A DNA stretch of 20,089 nt from Salpingoeca rosetta (taxonomy: Eukaryota; Protista; Choanoflagellata): assembly GCA_033442325.1 (NCBI GenBank), contig JAWQFM010000028.1, positions 753,702 through 773,790 on the forward strand, read 5' to 3'. Shown here one piece after another: positions 13,747 to 20,089 of this stretch. How positions within the stretch are numbered: the first letter of the stretch is position 1; every line of letters begins with the position of its first letter. The translations under genes and the position numbers were made by a program. The notes beneath the pieces were generated by a model that had not been told where the DNA came from, did no database searches, and saw nothing but the letters and a program-made list of their open reading frames with translations.

Positions 13747-14154
13747 ACACACACACACACACAACACTGACCACTCTTGGGGGAGGTTGGCGGTGACGTT
13801 TTGATGCTGGTTGTTCATGAAGAGATCGAACCAGAAGTGGGTCTTGCGGCCATGCTTGCTCTCCTCCTCCTCGGCAAACTCCAGCAGCGTGGTGAGGACA
13901 TCCACGATCTTGTAGCGCCACGCATGCGACACAAACACGGTTGCAGGGCGCACGTCATCACTGGCGTTTTGATCCCGCATCACGTCAATGTACGCGCACT
14001 GCTTCTCCTCTGTTTGTGGCACAACAAACTCCACGCACGCCTCCTGCGTTGTCATGTCCTTGTGCTTCTCTGGAAACGCCGTCTCAAGGCCCTGCAGGAA
14101 GGACCTGATCGCTCCCGCAGACACCCCATCCGTGTTGATGCCGGGTGGAGGCAT
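11743..14154 (-). CDS. TIR/HET-like N-terminal domain + TPR-repeat protein (kinesin-light-chain-type 42-aa TPRs), 612 aa, 2 exons
   Basis: Exon 1 14154-13772 (ATG MPPPGINTDGVS...LPQEW, donor TG|GTCAGT). Exon 2 13198-11743 (acceptor TGCAG|G, TGA stop). The splice gives a continuous LPQEWWSTTFKESIASIGKVLLVLTPW. Total 383+1456=1839 nt. Six 42-aa repeats with consensus A.t.nNlG..y...g....A...y..AL.i.....G..HP.T at about 12726-11971. Confidence 0.9.
13435..13534. other. Assembly gap (100 N) inside the TPR-gene intron
   Basis: Run of exactly 100 N; the exon phases on either side already join, so no missing exon is required. Confidence 0.98.
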
Positions 14155-14329
14155 GGTCGCGCTGGCGAAGGTCTGTGGCTTGTTGTTTGCAGTGCCAATG
14201 TCCTCCTGAGTAGTGCTGTCATGTAAATAGGGCAATGGCCTATTTTGAGCTTAATTATAGATGTGCGCCTTCGCAGGATGCGGCGTCCGAGTTGGAACTC
14301 AGTGTTGCAGCACATTTCGTGCACCACGT

Positions 14330-14651
14330 TGTTGAACAGGTCATTCTAGGTTAGACTGCGGCCACAAGATGCGATTTACACAGCTCACGATGAGTGCTGA
14401 ACACTTATAATGTTGGTGTTGGCTGAGTCAGCATATTTTGCTGTGAAGTTTCTGGGTCCTGTGCCACGTGGGACTTTTGCTTCTGCTGCAGTTTTCTGTC
14501 TATGCGTGAGAGTGCCTCTCGGTTCATGTTCATTCACTGTACATCCTTCACAACTCAAGTAAACACACACAGCATACAGAGCACACACAGCGCACATACA
14601 GCGCACACACAAGTCTTCAACAGCAGCACCACATCTGTGAATGTTTAATCA
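14330..14651 (+). mobile_element. Degenerate LTR copy (LTR0) related to the downstream copia LTR
   Basis: Starts TGTTGAACAGG (consensus TGTTGACAGG). The 3' part matches the consensus: gttcattca..gtacatcc..ttcacaactcaagtaaacacacac and caagtcttcaacagcagcacc..tgaatgtt. The middle aligns poorly. Confidence 0.55.
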
Positions 14652-15312
14652 TAAAGCCAAATGGCCTTCCGTATGGCGTCCACAAGTCAAGGTGCAAACC
14701 TTTTCTCAAGCCGAGACCGATGAGTCTAATTGCTGTGGCTCCTACGACAACGTCGCAGTCGCGTACGACGCTGCACCCCTGGCAATGCGTTTGACGCGTT
14801 GCCGAGGAGTATTGTCCTTGCACACCGCAGCAGCAGGTGTACTTACTGCTGCGGTACTCGCTCGTGCCGTGTGTGTGTTTGTGTATGAATGTGTGCGCGG
14901 GGGTGATGCATGTGTGTGCATAGAGGGAGTAACTCACCGTGCATGTATTGACTGCCCCCTGTAACTTGCGCGAAGACTCATATTTTGCCGCGTCGCCCCA
15001 ACAAATTGTGGCGCCAGGAACGTGTTTGCGACTCGCATCGCATACAAGGTTCGTCGCCGTGCCAGAAAGCCGTGAAGCAGTTGTTTCCTGTGCCATGTGG
15101 TGAACTTGGCCCGGACATGCTGGCATTCCGCCAGCTCCTCAATCATGTGGGGATGCCGTATGCATCTCTGCTACTCCCCCGCCTTGCTGCGCTGTTTGCC
15201 ATGCTTCCTTGTGCGGCTGCCTTTTCTCCCGTCGCGCCTTTTTCTGTGGAGACACTTTGCCCAGCGCTGTTGCCTAAATCGTAGTACTCGTCCCGTACGA
15301 ACGCAAGCTAGT

Positions 15313-15719
15313 TGTTGACAGGCAAGTCCACTCTGCTCAAATCATATCATTGACCTCCCTTCTTCACGACACCACAAATTTGTTTTGTGTTCTGGAATGA
15401 TTCACGTGATTTCCCTCCAACCTGTTGCACGTGCAGTGTTTACCTTGTGTGGTTGCTCGATGTTACATGCTCTTGCATAACACACCACATAACCACACAA
15501 CTCTCAACAAACACTGCCACGACACCACTTTGCGTTGTCGACAATTCTTGTCTTGTGCTCTGTTTCTTTCTGTTGGAGTGTTCATTCATCCTACATCCTT
15601 GTTTGCTTCACAACTCAAGTAAACACACACAACTTCCTCTTGCCAAGACAATCTCCCACACAACACACAGCACACGTACAAGTGGTCAACAACAGCACCA
15701 CCACCATGAATGTTCAACA
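15313..15719 (+). mobile_element. Copia-type LTR copy 1 (407 bp, near full length)
   Basis: TGTTGACAGG...ATGAATGTTCAACA, colinear with 18540-18975; no PBS after it and no TSD (CTAGT/CAGGC). Confidence 0.85.
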
Positions 15720-16203
15720 CAGGCAGCTGCTCATGAGCGTCAATGAGGAGAAGATTCGCCGCATCATGGTTGGGCTGCATGCCAAACTGCCTGAATACCA
15801 ACGCCTGAGCGGCAGCGACAAAGGCCTGTTCAAGCAGCTCCACAGTGACAGGTGCCAGGCCATCCCGCAGGTGCGGAATGTGTATGAGCGGACGCGTGTG
15901 AAGTCGACCAGAAACAACTATCGCTCACTCAGCAACAGCATCCTGACTCTGAAGAAGATTGTCACGGAGCACTCGACCATGAACTCTCCTGCAAACAAGG
16001 CAAAGCGGCTGCAGTGCGCGCACGACCTCCTTGAGTTGCACAAAGCCAACTCTAATTACCTTGTATTTCTGGATGAGATGTCCTTCTACGTTGCGTCTGG
16101 GCGAAGCTACGGCAGAGCGCCCAAAGGAGAGAGAGAGAGAGCAGTGACGAGGACAGCTGTTCGGCCTTTTCGCTTCGCTGAAAGCCAACATCTGAAATTT
16201 TGA
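15706..16203 (+). pseudogene. 165-aa chimeric ORF starting at the LTR ATG and containing a truncated IS630/Tc1-mariner-type transposase fragment (~15919-16157)
   Basis: YRSL..SILTLKKI...NKAKR...YLVFLDEMSFYVASGRSYGRAPKGER matches the linker, first catalytic Asp (GAT 16072) and 'YG.APKG.R' motif of IS630/Tc1 DDE_3 transposases. The second Asp and the Glu are absent. Confidence 0.7.
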
Positions 16204-16509
16204 GTTTCAGGATGTGTTCGAAGGAGACGGAAAAAAGGAACTGGACAAAATTCTGCCCAGAATTCCGTTCGAAGGAACGCGATTGAGACAAAAAAAACTG
16301 CTGCAAAAAAAAAAAAAAGTTCGACTGCTGGGTCTGCCAGGGCCGAACAAAGTGTTGTCCGGCGCGCGAGGATGGACGACGCTGATGCACACGCACGACG
16401 TCGGCGGAGGAAGCTGATGTTGTGGTTGCTGATGAGAAGAAGCATACGTCGCAAGCGTCTATTGATTCTTCTTATGTTGCTTGATGAAGATGACAACCGA
16501 CGCATCCAC
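16158..16509 (+). mobile_element. Possible 5' end fragment of a DNA transposon (PIF/Harbinger-like?)
   Basis: 9-bp inverted repeat TGTTCGGCC (16158-16166) / GGCCGAACA (16341-16349); GTTCG recurs at 16159, 16216, 16267, 16319; A-tracts. An ORF start at 16372 (MDDADAHARRRRRKLMLWLLMRRSIRRKRLLILLMLLDEDDNRRIH) is cut off by LTR2 and compositionally resembles Harbinger transposase N-termini. No catalytic motif is present. Confidence 0.3.
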
Positions 16510-16651
16510 TGTTGACAGGCAAGTCCTGTCTGCTGAGTCATCATTGACCCCCTTCTTCACGACACCACAACTTGCATTCACCTCTCTTGTGTTCTGGAAT
16601 GGTCACGTGATTTCCCTCCAACAACAGCACCACCAGCATGAATGTACAGCA
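16510..16651 (+). mobile_element. LTR copy 2, internally deleted (142 bp)
   Basis: TGTTGACAGG start and ATGAATGTACAGCA end; the centre is removed at a CTCCAAC microhomology. Confidence 0.8.
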
Positions 16652-16964
16652 TCTGCATGGTGAAGTCGTCAGGATGCATACACACAAAGTGAGACAGGAG
16701 AGGGCATGTACAGTTCATGTTGCATATGTTCCCAATAGCTGCTACGTGAAGAAGTTTCCGGTTTCAACAGCTTAGATTCGGATAGCATGCAACAAGACTG
16801 TGGCTATTCCCCATACGTGATGTGATGGCGGTTCCTGTTTGAAGATCCCCGCTGTTTGACTGACTTGACATCAAAGCCAAGTTTAGCGACGCGCGATGTA
16901 ACTTCCCCTGTAGCATTGGGCGTCTTCCACGCGCTGATTTTGATCGCTTAGATGGGGATGTTGT

Positions 16965-17322
16965 TGTTGACAGGCAAGTCCTGTCTGCTGAGTCATTGAC
17001 CTCTCTTCTTCACGACACCACAGCTTGCATTCACCTCTCTTGTGTTCTGGAATGTTCGCGTGCTCTGATTCTTTCTGTTGCAGTGTTCATTCATCCTACA
17101 TCCTTTTTTGCTTCACAACCCAAGTAAACACACACAACTCTCTCTTGCCAAGACAATCTCCCGCACAACACACAGCACACACTTCACACACAGCACACAC
17201 AGCACACACACACAAGTCTCCAACAACAGCACCACCACCATGAACTTGCAACAACAGCACACAGACACACACACACACACACAAGTCTCCAACAACAGCA
17301 CCACCACCATGAACTTACAACA
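16965..17322 (+). mobile_element. LTR copy 3, with internal deletion and tandem duplication of the 3' end (17254-17322)
   Basis: TGTTGACAGG start; deletion at a GTG microhomology near 17058; two successive ends ATGAACTTGCAACA (17253) and ATGAACTTACAACA (17322). Confidence 0.8.
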
Positions 17323-17400
17323 ACAGGTGCCCGGGACATGCTATGCCGCGGCGACACAAATCATATGCACCACCCACAACTCTCTGGAGGTGTGTACAAG

Positions 17401-17817
17401 TGTTGACAGGCAGTTCCTGTCTGCTGAGTCATATCATTGACCTCCCTTCTTCACGACACCACAAATTTGCACTCACCTCTCTTGTGTTCTGGAATGTTCA
17501 CGTGATTTCCCTCCAACCTGTTGCACGTGCAGTGTTTAGCTTGTGTGGTTACTCGATGTTACATGCTCTTGCATAGCACACCACATAACCACACAACTCT
17601 CAACAAACACTGCCACGTCACCACTTTGCGTTGTCGACAATTCTTGTCTTCTGCTCTGTTTCTTTTTGTTGGAGTATTCATTCATCGTACATCCTTGTTT
17701 GCTTCACAACTCAAGTAAACACACACAACTCACTCTTGCCAAGACAATCTCCCACACAACACACAGCACACACACACACACACACAAGTCTCCAAGCACC
17801 AGCATGAGTATTCAACA
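17401..17817 (+). mobile_element. LTR copy 4 (417 bp)
   Basis: TGTTGACAGG...ATGAGTATTCAACA, colinear with the other copies. Confidence 0.88.
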
Positions 17818-18539
17818 CTTGCGGCGTGCAGACGCACTGCCCAGCTGAGCTGGCTCGAAAAGATGTGGAAGGAAGCCAAAGCACGCGCCGGTACCATGCT
17901 CGACCCAAAACGCTTCGCTCAAATTGAGGCCTCACTCCGCTCTCTTTTGCTGATCGTATGAGTGTTGACAGGCAAGCCCACTCTGCTCAAATCATATCAT
18001 TGACCTTCGGTTGACCTCCCTGCTTCACGACACCACAAACATGCATTCACCTCTCTTGTGTTCTGGAATGTTCACGTGATTTCCCTCCAACCTGTTGCAC
18101 GTGCAGTGTTTAGCTTTGTGTGGTTGCTCGATGTTCCATGCTCTTGCATAGCACACCACATAACCACACAACTCTCAACAAACACTGCCACGTCACCACT
18201 TTGCGTTGTCGACAATTCTTGTCTTCTGCTCTGTTTCTTTTTGTTGGAGTATTCATTCATCGTACATCCTTGTTTGCTTCACAACTCAAGTAAACACACA
18301 CAACTCACTCTTGCCAAGACAATCTCCCACACAACACACAGCACACACACACACACACACAAGTCTCCAACAGCACCAGCATGAGTATTCAACACTTGCG
18401 GCGTGCAGACGCACTGCCCAGCTGAGCTGGCTCGAAAAGATGTGGAAGGAAGCCAAAGCACGCGCCGGTACCATGCTCGACCCAAAACGCTTCGCTCAAA
18501 TTGAGGCCTCACTCCGCTCTCTTTTGCTGATCGTATGAG
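17818..18539 (+). repeat. 145-bp spacer present twice (17818-17962 and 18395-18539), flanking LTR5
   Basis: Both copies read cttgcggcgtgcagacgc...gctgatcgtatgag, identical by eye. One frame is open: LAACRRTAQLSWLEKMWKEAKARAGTMLDPKRFAQIEASLRSLLLIV*. Confidence 0.92.
17963..18394 (+). mobile_element. LTR copy 5 (432 bp), recombinant of LTR6-type 5' half and LTR4-type 3' half
   Basis: TGTTG...CAACA; diagnostic variants switch between about 18135 and 18226. Confidence 0.88.
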
Positions 18540-18975
18540 TGTTGACAGGCAAGCCCACTCTGCTCAAATCATATCATTGACCTTCGGTTGACCTCCCTTC
18601 TTCACGACACCACAAATTCACATTCACCTCTTGTGTTCTGGAATGTTCACGTGATTTCCCTCCAACCTGTTGCACGTGCAGTGTTTAGCTTTGTGTGGTT
18701 GCTCGATGTTCCATGCTCTTGCATAGCACACCACATAACCACACAACTCTCAACAAACACTGCCACGTCACCACTTTGCGTTGTCGACAATTCTTGTCTT
18801 GTGCTCTGTTTCTTTCTGTTGGAGTGTTCATTCATCCTACATCCTTGCTTGCTTCACAACTCAAGTAAACACACACAACTTCCTCTTGCCAAGCCAATCT
18901 CCCACACAACACACAGCACACACACACACACACACAAGTCTCCAACAACAGCACCACCACCATGAACTTACAACA
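18540..18975 (+). mobile_element. 5' LTR (copy 6, 436 bp) of a Ty1/copia retrotransposon
   Basis: TGTTG...CAACA terminal inverted repeats, immediately followed by a PBS and a gag ORF. Confidence 0.9.
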
Positions 18976-20089
18976 GATTATGAGACCCAGCACCATCAGC
19001 GCGGACGGCATCAAGGTCTTCGCTGGCGCTGAGCAGGATGCCAACCTCTTCTTCATCACCGTCGAGGCCAAGCTCATCGCCGCTGGCATCGACGCTGGCA
19101 TCATCGCCGAGGGTGGTGCTGACCACCAAGGAGATGGGCAGGCTCCAGCAGCTGCCTCATCGCCGAGCCCAAGCGCCCACGGTGCTTCGGGTCCCCGCAC
19201 TCGCTCCCGCGCTCAACGCGGCCCTCGCCGCACTGGCGTCCGCCATGACGCCGGGGACCACGACGACGATGACGACGACGAGGGCGATGGCGACGACCAC
19301 GGCGCTCAGCCATCTTCCTCCTCTTCCTCTCTCCCTTCTTCCGCCACTCCGAGCGGAGGAGTGCAGGTGGCGTCCCCAGCCTCTGGCCTGCTGGATCCCC
19401 GTGATCCACAGGTTGACGCAGCCATCTTCGCGTTCCTCCTTGGCGTCCTGACGGGACACCCGCTGCGGCTGGCCATCACCGACAACCGTGGCCGCTCAGG
19501 TGTGCTTGCGCTGCGCCGCCTCCGCGAGCGCTACATCCGCAGCGGCAAGGACCACGTCAGCCGCCTCAGGCAGCAGCTCTCCTCGACCACCTGGTTGCCC
19601 ACGGACACCGTCGACACGTTCATGTCCCGCATCACGGACATCAACTCGCAGCTCCTCACTGCCGGCGTGTCCATCCCGGAGGACGACCTGCGCACCCTCG
19701 TCCGCAACGAACTCCCCGCAGAGTTTGATGTGGCGATGCGGTTCATGGAGCGCGAGGACCCGCCGCCATCGCTGTCCAAGATGACGGCGGACCTCATCCA
19801 GGAAGGGCGCCGCCTGCATCGTCCCAAGAAGCGCACGCCTGTGCTCGCCATCGGTGGGCCAGGCTCTGGCTCCTTCGCTGCATCGCCGATGCACGCTGGC
19901 ACGTCGCCCTCCGACACGAGCGGTGGACCATGCTGTCCACCTGCAGAGCGCGTGACTTGCGCGTTCTGCAACTTCCGCGGACACTGCGCGCAGCAGTGCC
20001 GCAAGCTGCAGGCGGCCAAGCGCTACCACGTCATCGACGTGCGGCAGATCCTGGCTACGCTGCGCAGCCATGGCAACGGCAACGGCAAG
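18962..20089 (+). CDS. gag: Ty1/copia Gag (probably gag-pol polyprotein), 3'-incomplete, 376 codons without a stop
   Basis: Hand translation MNLQQIMRPSTISADGIKVFAGAEQDANLFF...SGVLALRRLRERY...DTVDTFMSRITDINSQLLTAGVSIPEDDLRTLVRNELPAEFD...LIQEGRR fits the Retrotran_gag_2/UBN2 pattern. CX2CX4HX4C zinc knuckle CAFCNFRGHCAQQC at 19958-19999. It is absent from the ORF track because it has no stop in the window. Confidence 0.88.
   Translation, partial: MNLQQIMRPSTISADGIKVFAGAEQDANLFFITVEAKLIAAGIDAGIIAEGGADHQGDGQAPAAASSPSPSAHGASGPRTRSRAQRGPRRTGVRHDAGDHDDDDDDEGDGDDHGAQPSSSSSSLPSSATPSGGVQVASPASGLLDPRDPQVDAAIFAFLLGVLTGHPLRLAITDNRGRSGVLALRRLRERYIRSGKDHVSRLRQQLSSTTWLPTDTVDTFMSRITDINSQLLTAGVSIPEDDLRTLVRNELPAEFDVAMRFMEREDPPPSLSKMTADLIQEGRRLHRPKKRTPVLAIGGPGSGSFAASPMHAGTSPSDTSGGPCCPPAERVTCAFCNFRGHCAQQCRKLQAAKRYHVIDVRQILATLRSHGNGNGK
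18976..18992 (+). promoter_or_regulatory. Primer-binding site complementary to the anticodon arm (5' half) of a tRNA-Met
   Basis: GATTATGAGACCCAGCA directly after CAACA; its reverse complement TGCTGGGT-CTCATAA-TC is a tRNA anticodon arm with CAT. It is analogous to the Drosophila copia PBS GGTTATGGGCCCAG. Confidence 0.75.

Noticed and set aside
14155-14235. Upstream extension of TPR gene exon 1 in the ORF track
   Set aside because: It starts at TTG; the first in-frame ATG is at 14154.
16505-16656. Aged TSD around LTR2 (TCCAC/TCTGC)
   Set aside because: Only 3 of 5 bases match; not distinguishable from chance, though it cannot be fully excluded.
15535-18965. Repeated ORFs such as MSTILV..., MFWNVHV..., MHVQCL...
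   Set aside because: They are incidental frames inside LTR copies, with non-ATG starts and indels between copies.
15313-18975. True CRISPR array
   Set aside because: Repeats are 140-440 bp LTRs with variable-length spacers in a eukaryotic context, and no cas genes are present; the likeness is architectural only.
15313-18975. Tandem TRIM/Cassandra-type array
   Set aside because: Spacers differ from each other and lack a PBS after the LTR and a polypurine tract before the next LTR.
19038-20071. ORF-track entries overlapping gag in other frames or strands
   Set aside because: They are shadow ORFs of GC-rich gag codons; the +18962 frame has the Gag motifs and the zinc knuckle.

Overview
Eukaryotic, intron-rich DNA with microsatellite-filled introns ((GT)n, (CA)n, (CACT)n, (TATG)n, (GTGTT)n). 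The style and the TPR gene family suggest a choanoflagellate such as Salpingoeca rosetta; this is inference. Three zones: (1) 91-~11346 (+): the 3' part of a large gene of about 28 exons (~1,600 aa in the window, no recognisable family), reconstructed by hand from phase-consistent GT-AG junctions. (2) 14154-11743 (-): a two-exon, 612-aa gene with an N-terminal TIR/HET-like domain (FVSHAW / WFDLF..NQH / TRAWCLWE) and six 42-aa TPR repeats; a 100-N assembly gap lies in its intron. (3) 14330-20089 (+): a head-to-tail array of seven related copia-type LTR copies (TGTTG...CAACA; the first is degenerate). They are separated by mostly unrelated spacers of 78-790 bp, which include an IS630/Tc1-type transposase fragment, and none has a target-site duplication. 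The last LTR is followed by a half-tRNA-Met primer-binding site and an intact Ty1/copia gag ORF that runs off the window; the ORF track misses this ORF. Nearly all other ORF-track entries are microsatellite artefacts.
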